Of a stretch of DNA of 27,079 bases, positions 1-7,930 are shown one piece after another; position 1 is the stretch's first letter, and each line of letters opens with the position of its first letter. Source of the DNA: a virus (taxonomy: Duplodnaviria; Caudoviricetes). The position numbers were made by a program, and so were the translations under genes. The stretch covers positions 1 to 27,079 of the IMG/VR virus record IMGVR_UViG_3300046795_000078; one strand, written 5' to 3'. The notes under the pieces are model-generated. The model searched no databases, had not been told where the DNA came from, and saw nothing but the letters and a program-made list of their open reading frames with translations.

Positions 1-361
1 CCGCAGCCGCATCCTCGCCCGAGATTTGCAGCAGTCCACTCGCCGACACGACTTCGCGATACTTCTCGACCGCGAGATCGCTGGCCCACCGAATCACGCC
101 GTCCGGCGCGCGATCAGGCTGGATACCCGTCTTGAGTCGGGCATCCAGTAGCCATTGGCACACTTCAGCGATTCCGAGATGGGTGTAAATCCCCGTCGTG
201 AGTGGAAGCGACTGAGCTTTCCGGCTGAAGCCCATACCGAATTGCCCAGCCCGATATTCGATCCACCGAGCCATGTCGCACCCGAGCAGGCCTCGTTCAT
301 GCTCGGACCTCGAAACGATCCACATGGCCGGCGCCGATTCAGTTGTCTCAGGAGTTGTCAT
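1..361 (-). CDS. PD-(D/E)XK / Cas4-like exonuclease, N-terminal part (runs off the left edge)
   Basis: Not in the ORF track. Manual translation from ATG 361 is open to the edge: MTTPETTESAPAMWIVSRSEHERGLLGCDMARWIEYRAGQFGMGFSRKAQSLPLTTGIYTHLGIAE. The S..C..R/W.Y...L..G...H pattern is typical of PDDEXK_1 N-termini. Catalytic residues lie outside the window. Confidence 0.6.
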   Translation of the reverse strand, partial: MTTPETTESAPAMWIVSRSEHERGLLGCDMARWIEYRAGQFGMGFSRKAQSLPLTTGIYTHLGIAEVCQWLLDARLKTGIQPDRAPDGVIRWASDLAVEKYREVVSASGLLQISGEDAAA

Positions 362-492
362 TCAGGCCATCCGCCATCCGCCGCCCGATTCTACGTCGAG
401 AACAATGAGCGACGGCTGTTCTCGAATCTCCCGCCAACCGCTAGCAGACGGGATCTTACCCGGTGGTCCGGGTCAGCCGCCGCCCAACTCAA

Positions 493-900
493 TCACCCGT
501 GTCGCTCCGCTGCCGTGTGCTCCTCGGCCTGGGCGTCCTGCAGCACCTTCTTCCCGCCCGCCAGCATCTCGATCGTCCATTCCACGCCCGCCAGGTCGAT
601 GCAGTCGAACAGCAGCTCCAGCAGCTCGCTGACCTGCCGCGCCTCGTCGATGTCCCTGGCCGGCACCTTCCAGTTCTGGCCGCGCCAGCCTTTGTACTGC
701 CCCGACTTCGGGTCGAGCAGGCTCAAGGTGAACCGGATGCGGATCGACTGGTTGCGCGCGGCGGCGTGCCGGGCGATGGTCAGGAGCGAGCGCTCGGGCC
801 GGCCCCGCAGGCGATCGACGGGCTCGCGCTCGGGCGCGGGATCGGCTGCGTCGGTCTCGGGTTCACGATCAAAGGGCAGCTCGGCGCCCGACTCACTCAC
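493..900 (-). CDS. hypothetical protein
   Basis: Part of ORF 493..1017. GTG 900 is chosen because it lies 6 nt below TATAAG, with TTGACA upstream; the longer version would run through the DnaA-box array. Confidence 0.6.
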   Translation of the reverse strand: MSESGAELPFDREPETDAADPAPEREPVDRLRGRPERSLLTIARHAAARNQSIRIRFTLSLLDPKSGQYKGWRGQNWKVPARDIDEARQVSELLELLFDCIDLAGVEWTIEMLAGGKKVLQDAQAEEHTAAERHG

Positions 901-906
901 ACGGTT

Positions 907-936
907 CTTATAGTGGAACATCTGAACGGATGTCAA
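907..936 (-). promoter_or_regulatory. putative sigma70-type promoter
   Basis: Minus strand reads TTGACA (936-931), N18, TATAAG (912-907), 6 nt, GTG. Confidence 0.5.
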
Positions 937-958
937 GCGGTTCCGGTTGTCTGTCGAG

Positions 959-999
959 TTATCCACAGGTATCCACAGGTTTTCCACAGGTTTTCCACA
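959..999 (+). promoter_or_regulatory. array of four tandem DnaA-box-like 9-mers
   Basis: TTATCCACA (959), GTATCCACA (969), TTTTCCACA (980), TTTTCCACA (991), with a 10-11 bp period. The DnaA box consensus is TTWTNCACA. Confidence 0.7.
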
Positions 1000-1203
1000 G
1001 TCACCCTGCGTGGACATAGGACAGTCCTACGCAACTAATGGTGTTGTGGCAGAACGCAGGCAGATCGCAGTAGGATGCAGCGGCTTTACTGTCGTCGGCG
1101 CACTCGAACAAGCGCCCTGTAACGCGACGAGGCCGGACACTGCTTGAACAGTTATCCGGCCCCCGCTCAACCTCAACCCGCCACAGGTCAGAAGGAGCAG
1201 CTC

Positions 1204-2157
1204 ATGAATAGCACACGTAGGTCGAATGGTCAAGATCTAATCCCAGGCATCTTCCCCCGCTACACAGTCAATCTTCTCCTCGGTGCTGCCGGAGCCGGCA
1301 AGTCCCGGATGCTCACTAGTTGGTGGGATCGTTGGGAGCGCGGCGCCACCATCAACGGACACCAGACCAATCGGCCGACAGGCGGACTCCATTGGCTCTT
1401 TGCTGACCGAACGTGGGAAGAGGACGGTGCGGTCCTGTTCGACGCGTACGGTCGGAGCGCCAAGGACGTCTCCCACTTCAATCTCGCCGAACAAGTCATC
1501 AAGGAGACGAAGAAGTACCCGAACTACGCGACGAAGCTCCTCGAAGAGTGTCTGACTGTTCTCGCCCCGCCTGTTGATTCTCTCGTGTACATCGACCCGA
1601 TCATTCTGTTCGTCAAGGGCAATCCAAATGGATTGCGGGACGTCGCGTGGACGTTGATGGACATCCGACAAATCTGCCAGAGGCTGAAGATCACGGTCAT
1701 TGCGACGCACTACTACAGCAAACAGAAAGCGGGAGGCACGGACCAGTACGCCCGTTCCATTGATCGCGGTTCAGGGTCGGGTGGCTTTGTCGGGTTCGCC
1801 CACACCGTCATGTATCTGGAAGAGCCGACGAAGGACCAGCCGTACCACTTATTCGGGTGGCGCCCGCGGCACGCGCCCGAGCAGACCTTCCCGTTCACGA
1901 TGAACAGCTCTGGCATGTTCGAACCCTACGAAGGGCTGGTGAACGAGAGTCCGAAGCTGGAGTACGACCGTCCGAGTCAGTTGTTCCTGTTGATTCCAGA
2001 CGAAGGTATCGAGACTGGGGATTTGGTCGAGGGCGCGATGGCGGCCTTTGAGATTTCACGGGACACCGTGAATGAGGATCTCAGAATTCTCGACAAGAAG
2101 CGGAACCTCATCGACCGCAGCCGACACGGGTGGGTCTATCGCCGGAAAACCTCGTAA
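1204..2157 (+). CDS. AAA_25 / RecA-fold (RepA-type) helicase-like ATPase with C-terminal winged HTH
   Basis: Walker A GAAGAGKS, Walker B LVYIDP, downstream H..K and GSG motifs, and a C-terminal ISRDTVNEDLRIL..GWVY segment resembling a wHTH. SD AAGGAG precedes ATG 1204. Confidence 0.8.
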   Translation: MNSTRRSNGQDLIPGIFPRYTVNLLLGAAGAGKSRMLTSWWDRWERGATINGHQTNRPTGGLHWLFADRTWEEDGAVLFDAYGRSAKDVSHFNLAEQVIKETKKYPNYATKLLEECLTVLAPPVDSLVYIDPIILFVKGNPNGLRDVAWTLMDIRQICQRLKITVIATHYYSKQKAGGTDQYARSIDRGSGSGGFVGFAHTVMYLEEPTKDQPYHLFGWRPRHAPEQTFPFTMNSSGMFEPYEGLVNESPKLEYDRPSQLFLLIPDEGIETGDLVEGAMAAFEISRDTVNEDLRILDKKRNLIDRSRHGWVYRRKTS

Positions 2158-2166
2158 GTGATGCAA

Positions 2167-2386
2167 ATCGGAGGGCGAAGGCCACTGGTGGGCATCCTCT
2201 CCGACAGTGCGATTGTACGTACAAGATCACTTGCGATCCGACAAGTCGGAAACCTCCGATTATGGTTACCTCTACCATCTGACGCTAACTGAGGCACATA
2301 GTAGGAACGTTCCGACTTGTCGGAAGCCGTCCGACAGGATAAGTCTAGCCGGTTCAGTGAGTTACGGTGAAAACGGAAAAATCGGA
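2167..2386. repeat. iteron-like cluster of TCCGAY/RTCGGA hexamers
   Basis: Nine copies in about 220 bp, including the palindromes TCCGACAAGTCGGA (2237-2250) and TTCCGACTTGTCGGAA (2310-2325). GC is lower than in the flanks. Confidence 0.65.
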
Positions 2387-2427
2387 ACTTCTTGTAGAGG
2401 GTGTTTCGCCCCAGAAAGGAAAACGAA

Positions 2428-2874
2428 ATGGACGTGCAGCGATCGCGTCAACAGTGCCTCATGCTCGTTCGCAAAACCGCCGAGAATTTCGCCGTCATGG
2501 GCCTCGGTACACTCTCGATTGCCTCACACATCGACGAAGCCGCCAGTCGCATCACCTTCGGCTGTCCTGCTTGCGGCCGAACGATCACCTCGTCCTACGA
2601 CATCAACGCCACCGGACCCGACGGCTTGGCCGAACAGAAGGCGGTCTGTACGCTCTACCTGACGCACACGAAACGGTGCCCACTCCTGGCACATCTCCAG
2701 CGGGAATCCGTACGGAACGGGGTTGACTTCAGCGTCCCGTGGTGGGGACAAGGCGAATGGGAGAAGCTGCGTGCGGTCGTCAGTCCTCCCGAAGCCCACG
2801 GCTACCATCCCGAGATGTTGCGTCGTCACCTTGAGGACGTGGCGGATCGGATGAAGCGGCACGATCAGAACTGA
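2428..2874 (+). CDS. hypothetical protein with CxxC
   Basis: ORF 2401..2874; SD AAAGGA precedes ATG 2428; contains CPAC and H...C. Confidence 0.6.
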   Translation: MDVQRSRQQCLMLVRKTAENFAVMGLGTLSIASHIDEAASRITFGCPACGRTITSSYDINATGPDGLAEQKAVCTLYLTHTKRCPLLAHLQRESVRNGVDFSVPWWGQGEWEKLRAVVSPPEAHGYHPEMLRRHLEDVADRMKRHDQN

Positions 2875-3610
2875 GGTCGACAATCTCCGTCCCCGCCGGC
2901 ACACTCCTCGCGACCCCGGCGGGGGTCTTCTCCCCAATCTCTCTGTCGACCAGCCCGCCATGAATCGGGCAGTCCGGGTTGATATAGAACCTGGTCCGGT
3001 ACGGCTTCTTCGCCGGCTTCCCGCCGACTTCTCGCCCATCCCCGTCCAAGTACCGCCCACCGACCGACTGGCCTTGGATCCGACAGAGGCATCCATCCCT
3101 CACCACCGTGTTCCGTGCCGCTCGCCAGCCCTGCGGCGCCATCGCGACCCGCGCCGTCGTCTGGTTCCTGAGCGCGAGCCCCTGCCGATAGGTCGGCACC
3201 CAATCGATCGCCGGCGCCTCGCCATGCCTGTCGGTGATTCCATCCTTGTTCTCGATCGGGAAGACGTAGACGCCGATCCCGAAGGTCGAATGACACGACG
3301 GGCAGGTGAATCGTCCCGTGCGGAAGTTGTACGGGCCGGGATCGAACTTCTTGCGTCGGCCGGGCACCTGTGTCTGTGACCGGCCGACCGAGTTCAGGTA
3401 GAACGTCTCACCACACTGGGGACAACACAAATCGAGCTCGTAGATCCTGGCGAACAGCAGATCACCGTCCAGCTTGTGTGTGAACATCGGGCCTCCTTTC
3501 GGACCCCCCAAGTACGTACCGGTACGTACCGAGAGGGCGAGAGTACTCCTGCCTGCGAGGTACTCTTGCCCTGCGAGGTACTTGTTGCCTGCGAGGTACT
3601 CCTCGCTCAT
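2780..3610 (-). CDS. hypothetical Zn-binding protein
   Basis: Motifs CPQC, CPSC, GCLC...CPIHG. SD GGAG precedes ATG 3610. The 3' end overlaps the convergent gene. Confidence 0.65.
   Translation of the reverse strand: MSEEYLAGNKYLAGQEYLAGRSTLALSVRTGTYLGGPKGGPMFTHKLDGDLLFARIYELDLCCPQCGETFYLNSVGRSQTQVPGRRKKFDPGPYNFRTGRFTCPSCHSTFGIGVYVFPIENKDGITDRHGEAPAIDWVPTYRQGLALRNQTTARVAMAPQGWRAARNTVVRDGCLCRIQGQSVGGRYLDGDGREVGGKPAKKPYRTRFYINPDCPIHGGLVDREIGEKTPAGVARSVPAGTEIVDLSSDRAASSDPPRPQGDDATSRDGSRGLRED
3552..3605. repeat. 3 x 18-bp tandem repeat encoding YLAG units
   Basis: CCTGCGAGGTACT occurs three times at an 18-bp period (EEYLAG-NKYLAG-QEYLAG). Confidence 0.85.
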
Positions 3611-3703
3611 CGCCTGCTCCACGACACCAGGGAACCCACCCGGCGCCGCTTCGATCGTGCCGTTCGTGCCAGTGCCGTCCAGGCTGTAGCTATAATCTGG
3701 GCA

Positions 3704-4183
3704 TCAGTAGTTCCTCCTCATTCGTCCCGTCTCTCGAAACGAGACATAGCTCTCCGCTCCGACGATGATGTGATCGACCAGCTCCAGCTCGAACAGCGCC
3801 ATCAGGGTCTGGAAGTGATTGGTCATGTCGATGTCCGCCCGACTCGGCTCCGGGATGCCGCTCGGGTGGTTGTGCGCGCAGATGATCGCGCAGCTGTTCT
3901 TCTCGCCCACTGCCGCCATGAGGATCATCCGGAGCGATACCTGGATGTCGGTCAGGCCGCCCCTGGCGACTTCCTGGATGCCCAGCAGCCGCCGCTTGGC
4001 GTCGAGGTGCAGCGCCAGGAAGAGCTCCTGCACCTGGGGCCGGAGGATCGGGACGACGACGGCCGCTGCGTCGGCCGCCGTCGCGATCTGTTTGCTGTCG
4101 ACCAGCACCTTCGCGGGGTGTGTCCGGTACTGCACGATCAGCTCGCGGGCGAAGTGCGGGCCGTGCGGGCGCTTCGGCATCAC
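3704..4183 (-). CDS. radC: RadC-like JAB domain protein
   Basis: QE.F..L.LD, AHNHPSG.PEPS.AD and LVDHIIVG motifs. Confidence 0.92.
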   Translation of the reverse strand: MMPKRPHGPHFARELIVQYRTHPAKVLVDSKQIATAADAAAVVVPILRPQVQELFLALHLDAKRRLLGIQEVARGGLTDIQVSLRMILMAAVGEKNSCAIICAHNHPSGIPEPSRADIDMTNHFQTLMALFELELVDHIIVGAESYVSFRETGRMRRNY

Positions 4184-4485
4184 CAGCGACCCTCCGCTTT
4201 GCTGATGACCAGATCGATGTGCTCGCGGTCCTGCTCGGTGAGCGTCCGCCGATCAGCGAATGCCCTGAGCGTGCCGAGCAGATCAGGCGCCGCCGCGATC
4301 AGCCTCGCGTTCGCCTCGCGCTCGCCGTCGTCGGTGGTGATGTCGTTGAAGTCTTCGCCCATCGGCCAGACGCCAGCGACGACGGCGGTACCGTCAGGGC
4401 CGTACACCCGCCGTTCGTCGCCTTCCGAGAGGTTCAGGTCGCCAATCGTCCACGGTCCCTGCGTATGTTTCTGTTGCCTGCTCAT
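4180..4485 (-). CDS. conserved small phage protein
   Basis: Has the common phage pattern KHTQGPW...EANARLIAAAPDLL; its ATG overlaps the upstream stop (ATGA). Confidence 0.8.
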   Translation of the reverse strand: MSRQQKHTQGPWTIGDLNLSEGDERRVYGPDGTAVVAGVWPMGEDFNDITTDDGEREANARLIAAAPDLLGTLRAFADRRTLTEQDREHIDLVISKAEGRW

Positions 4486-4988
4486 TTCTTCTTCGCTCTC
4501 CTTTCCTTCTCCTGTTCCGCCTCTCTCGCCTTCTTCGCCTTCTTCCGCTCCGCTCGCTCCGCGGCGCTCAACTGAAATCCCGGCTTCTCGCCTCGCGCCT
4601 TCCTGGCCGCGGCGCTCGCCTTGCCCTGCTTCTTTCTCGCTTGGGTCGTGAGCTGATCCCGTTGCCGCACGATGAGATCCCCGACCATCGCCGGCAGCAC
4701 GACACGGATCGGGCTGTCGCCCGTCCGCTGCAGGAACAGCGTGAAGCGGGGCCGGGCCTTGTCCTCGTTGCCGCTGACGACTTCCCGCTCCCGTACCGTC
4801 TGGACGATGTAGGTCCGCATCCCGCCGATCCCGAAGGGCGGCGCGATGTTGACGATCGCCGGCTTGGTCTTCAGGACGTGCTTCAGGCCGTCCAGCAGGC
4901 CGAAGGCGCGATCGAACTCGTCGGGCATGGCCGAAGAGCCCACCGACGCGGCGGGCTCTCTGGTGAATCCGGTCCACTCGTCATTCAT
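4482..4988 (-). CDS. hypothetical protein with basic C-terminus
   Basis: Starts MNDEWTGF; ATGA-coupled on both sides. Confidence 0.65.
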   Translation of the reverse strand: MNDEWTGFTREPAASVGSSAMPDEFDRAFGLLDGLKHVLKTKPAIVNIAPPFGIGGMRTYIVQTVREREVVSGNEDKARPRFTLFLQRTGDSPIRVVLPAMVGDLIVRQRDQLTTQARKKQGKASAAARKARGEKPGFQLSAAERAERKKAKKAREAEQEKERRAKKK

Positions 4989-5272
4989 GGCTCGTACTCC
5001 ATCTGTTTCGCAAAATGCAGCAGGCAATCGGGGCAGGTGCAATGTGGATCGGTCGCGCGGTGCCGCTCCGCGATCGCTTCCTCTCGCGCGTCCCGTCTGT
5101 TGTAGGCATCCCGCATCCGCAGGCAGCGGAGGCAGGTCACGACGTCCCACAAGCCGATAATCAATCGGTTGTAGGCGGCATCGCGGTTGTAGACGGAACC
5201 GGCCCCACAGAGGGCCGGCCCGTTGTGCGCGCGATCGTCAGGCTGCGGGTGCTTGGCGAAGTGGATCACCAT
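4985..5272 (-). CDS. Cys-rich hypothetical protein
   Basis: MVIHF..ALCG..VTCLRC..HCTCPDC. Confidence 0.65.
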   Translation of the reverse strand: MVIHFAKHPQPDDRAHNGPALCGAGSVYNRDAAYNRLIIGLWDVVTCLRCLRMRDAYNRRDAREEAIAERHRATDPHCTCPDCLLHFAKQMEYEP

Positions 5273-5274
5273 CG

Positions 5275-5673
5275 TCAGATCCCCCACGGGGCGGCCTGAT
5301 ACCCTGGCAGCTGATCGATTGCGGCGCTGATGATCTTCTGGGTGATGCTGCACGCTTCCGACGTCGTCCAGCCGTCGTGCTCGCAGGCTTGGTACTCGTA
5401 GCACTTCGCCTGCTTGATGGCGGCTGCGGGTTCGAGCGTCGGGTAGCTGCGGAGTCCCTTGGTCGGTGTCGGTCCCGTTCGTTCGATCGGGTCCAACCCG
5501 TCGCCGTACCGAGCGATCATCGATCGGCCGTTCTCGGTCGCCAGCGACTCGAAAATCTGCCGCCAATCGGCTTCGTTCAATTCCTGCTCGCGGAACCGGC
5601 CGTACCGATCGTTCTCGATCCAGAACCGAACCAGTGCTCCGATGTGGTCTTCGCTGCAGATAAATGCGCTCAT
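5275..5673 (-). CDS. conserved hypothetical phage/MGE protein
   Basis: MSAFICS.DHI..L..EN.RS...RY..CYEYQACEH..W..S.A..PW pattern; SD ACAGGAG. Confidence 0.75.
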   Translation of the reverse strand: MSAFICSEDHIGALVRFWIENDRYGRFREQELNEADWRQIFESLATENGRSMIARYGDGLDPIERTGPTPTKGLRSYPTLEPAAAIKQAKCYEYQACEHDGWTTSEACSITQKIISAAIDQLPGYQAAPWGI

Positions 5674-5709
5674 CGTGTGTGCTCCTGTTCTCTCTGCTCC
5701 CTGTTTCGC

Positions 5710-6048
5710 CTAGTCGTCGTCGTCGTCGTCGTCGTTCCCTTCCCTCAATCCGCCCAATTCGTTTTCCCATCGTTCGAGACATCCGTCACACAACAGCTCG
5801 CCGTAGCTGGCGCCTTCAGGCGGCGCCGGAATAGGCAGGCCGCATTGCTCACAGCGGATTCGTTCGGTTCCTTCCGTGAACCACTGGCGCGCGTCGGCCG
5901 GGTCCAGCTCGAAACACGGCTGGATCGTCAGTCCCTTGTCGTCGGTGTCCTCAACGAACAACGTCAGTCCACCCTCATCAATCCCGATCCGCTCGGTGTC
6001 GGTGAACTGCGCCAGCCACTCGCGAAGCTCCTTCACTGTTGCGCTCAT
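5710..6048 (-). CDS. acidic hypothetical protein with two CxxC pairs
   Basis: MSATVKELREWL..CEQC..CDGC; SD CAGGAG. Confidence 0.65.
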   Translation of the reverse strand: MSATVKELREWLAQFTDTERIGIDEGGLTLFVEDTDDKGLTIQPCFELDPADARQWFTEGTERIRCEQCGLPIPAPPEGASYGELLCDGCLERWENELGGLREGNDDDDDDD

Positions 6049-6302
6049 CGTGTCCGCTCCTGTTCCTTCTGCTTGGTTTCGTCGTCCATCCGCCGATACC
6101 CGGCCCGGTGCGCGGCCGTTGCGAACTGCAGCGCACACGTCAGCCGGTCAAACAATCCGTTGTAGCCGCGCCAGCCCTGCCACTTTCGCGGCTGTGCGCG
6201 TTGGGCGTGGTTCTGCCACTCGTACCAGCCTGCGAGCTGGCGATGACACCAGGGGCAGCGAGGACGGTTAGCCGGCATCCCGACAATCGGCGCGCGTTTC
6301 AT
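6045..6302 (-). CDS. hypothetical protein
   Basis: MKRAP..CPWC..; SD CAGGAG; ATGA coupling. Confidence 0.6.
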   Translation of the reverse strand: MKRAPIVGMPANRPRCPWCHRQLAGWYEWQNHAQRAQPRKWQGWRGYNGLFDRLTCALQFATAAHRAGYRRMDDETKQKEQERTR

Positions 6303-6898
6303 CGTTTCCGCTCCTGCTTTCTCCGTTTCCACTCCAACCAGACTGCCGCCTGGAGGTGGCACGGCGAGATGCCGATACCTGCTGCGGCTTGTCGGTACGC
6401 CGTCGCGATCGCGTCGTACTGACTCGTCGTCCGTGGTCCGTCGTCGTCCAGGTCGCCTGTCGCCGCGCCACTCGCGTGCCGATCGATCACGACTGCCCAA
6501 TCGTTTCCGCTCAAGGCTTCGGCGAACGCGGCCACCTTCGGCGCCTTCTCGAAGTAGTCAGCCGGCGAGGTGGCCCGCGCTTTCAGCACCTTCCGCGCGG
6601 TGCGAAGGTTCCGTCTGGTGGCGCCGCCTTCCGGCTTCACTTTCAATCCCTGGATCAACCGCTCCGCGATCGTCCAATTCATCGTCCATTCACACTGCGG
6701 GCTGATGGCGGCGACCACGGCCGCCACGGTGCGGCAGTCGTAGCTCCAGGTCTTCGCGGTGCGGTCGATCAACTGGCGGGCGTCGAGATACCAGCAGCGC
6801 CCCTGCTCGCGGGCGTCTGGCGTCAGGTTCGCCCAGGTGCCCACCAAGCGGGCGCGCATCCGGGCGGTGTCGGCGGGGGTGTAGCGGCGGGCGCTCAT
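6299..6898 (-). CDS. DUF7178-like protein (helical, DNA-glycosylase-like fold suggested)
   Basis: G..WY..A, AAVVAAISP...W..N, PKV.AF, V.IDRHA and Y..AA....P..LQA..W motifs recognised from memory. Confidence 0.7.
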   Translation of the reverse strand: MSARRYTPADTARMRARLVGTWANLTPDAREQGRCWYLDARQLIDRTAKTWSYDCRTVAAVVAAISPQCEWTMNWTIAERLIQGLKVKPEGGATRRNLRTARKVLKARATSPADYFEKAPKVAAFAEALSGNDWAVVIDRHASGAATGDLDDDGPRTTSQYDAIATAYRQAAAGIGISPCHLQAAVWLEWKRRKQERKR

Positions 6899-7065
6899 GT
6901 CCGCCGAATCTCCCGAACATGCTTCGCAAGGTGTGACTGCGCTCCAGCCGTGTTCCGTTTGATGACTTGGTTACAGCGACGACATTGCCACTTCAGTTCC
7001 CAAGTTCCATTAGCGTAGGTGATACGAAAATCACGGAAGTGATCGCGGTATCGCTTTGGGACCAT
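6895..7065 (-). CDS. small C2H2-like zinc finger protein
   Basis: WQCRRC...SHLAKH. Confidence 0.5.
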   Translation of the reverse strand: MVPKRYRDHFRDFRITYANGTWELKWQCRRCNQVIKRNTAGAQSHLAKHVREIRRT

Positions 7066-7131
7066 CCGCCATCCGCCATTTCTGCCGGCCACAAGCGGGC
7101 GCCTGTGGCCGGCTGTTGAAGTTGCCGTCGA

Positions 7132-7509
7132 TTAGAACTCGCCGTCCGCGATCGCCTTCTGTGTGGTCTTCAGTCCGTCCACGTACGCGTCAACGATCGT
7201 CTGCTCACCTTCGCTGCGGGCGTACGCCTCCAGGATCGCGGCCTTGATCCGATCGTGCGCGGTCGTGTCGCTGATCGGCCGGAGCAGCGCGAACGAGCGG
7301 CGCTCGCCGTTCACGCTGTAGCTCCGCGCGGGAAACGTGACGTTGCGGCGATCCTCACGTCCGCTCAGCCGACTCGACCAGATCGAAAACCCGATCAACT
7401 TCAATCCGCTCAGCTCGCCGTCGTGGTCCCCACTATCGAAGTGCAGCTCGGCGTCTGCGAGCTTGCCCGGTGGGTTCCCTGTCGTGGTCGGCGTGATCCT
7501 GATTCGCAT
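7132..7509 (-). CDS. SpoVG-like nucleic-acid-binding protein
   Basis: GKLADAELHF..GLKLIGFSIW..NVTFPAR..RP...I..AILEAY follows the SpoVG pattern; SD ACAGGAG. Confidence 0.7.
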   Translation of the reverse strand: MRIRITPTTTGNPPGKLADAELHFDSGDHDGELSGLKLIGFSIWSSRLSGREDRRNVTFPARSYSVNGERRSFALLRPISDTTAHDRIKAAILEAYARSEGEQTIVDAYVDGLKTTQKAIADGEF

Positions 7510-7700
7510 GGTCGCTGCTCCTGTCTCATTTGCGGGGTTGTGACCGCAAGCCCTATCGAGCTTCCCGCATTACACGGCGCCGGCGGTCGAAGTGGCCGGC
7601 GGCGCCGATCCTCTGCGCTTAGGGCGGCATCCAGGAACCCGTAGCGGGCCTGTGCTGCGGCGATCGCGTTCAGGGTGGCGGGTTGCATCGCGTTAGTCAT
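7410..7700 (-). CDS. hypothetical protein (uncertain)
   Basis: SD AGGAG precedes ATG 7700, but the 3' end overlaps the SpoVG-like gene by 100 nt. Confidence 0.35.
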   Translation of the reverse strand: MTNAMQPATLNAIAAAQARYGFLDAALSAEDRRRRPLRPPAPCNAGSSIGLAVTTPQMRQEQRPCESGSRRPRQGTHRASSQTPSCTSIVGTTTAS

Positions 7701-7920
7701 GGTCGTTGCTCCTAGTGACGCTAGGCGCGTCCTGGCGCGCGTCAAGGTAGGCGTTGGCGAAGTGGGCGGCGGTTCGGGCCGCGCCGTAGATCGTGGTGAC
7801 GGGGCGGAAGGGTCCGCCCCATCGTCCGGCGAGGTAAGCCGCAAGTAGTCGGCGGGTTTCGTCGCCCCAGTGTCCGGCCGCTTTGCGGTATTGCTGCTGC
7901 TGCTGCTGCTGCTGGTTCAC
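7693..7920 (-). CDS. hypothetical protein with N-terminal poly-Q
   Basis: 75-aa ORF filling the gap, with a (CAG)n tract. Confidence 0.45.
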   Translation of the reverse strand: MNQQQQQQQQYRKAAGHWGDETRRLLAAYLAGRWGGPFRPVTTIYGAARTAAHFANAYLDARQDAPSVTRSNDHD

Positions 7921-7930
7921 GGGTTGCGCC

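Noticed and set aside
1-361. Cas4 as part of a CRISPR-Cas system
   Set aside because: Stand-alone Cas4-like nucleases are common in phage replication modules, and no array or other cas genes are visible.
3691-3696. TATAAT as an antisense promoter to radC
   Set aside because: No -35 or extended -10 element; the hexamer alone is insufficient.
7890-7915. (CAG)n tract as a phase-variation switch
   Set aside because: A triplet repeat keeps the frame and only changes poly-Q length.
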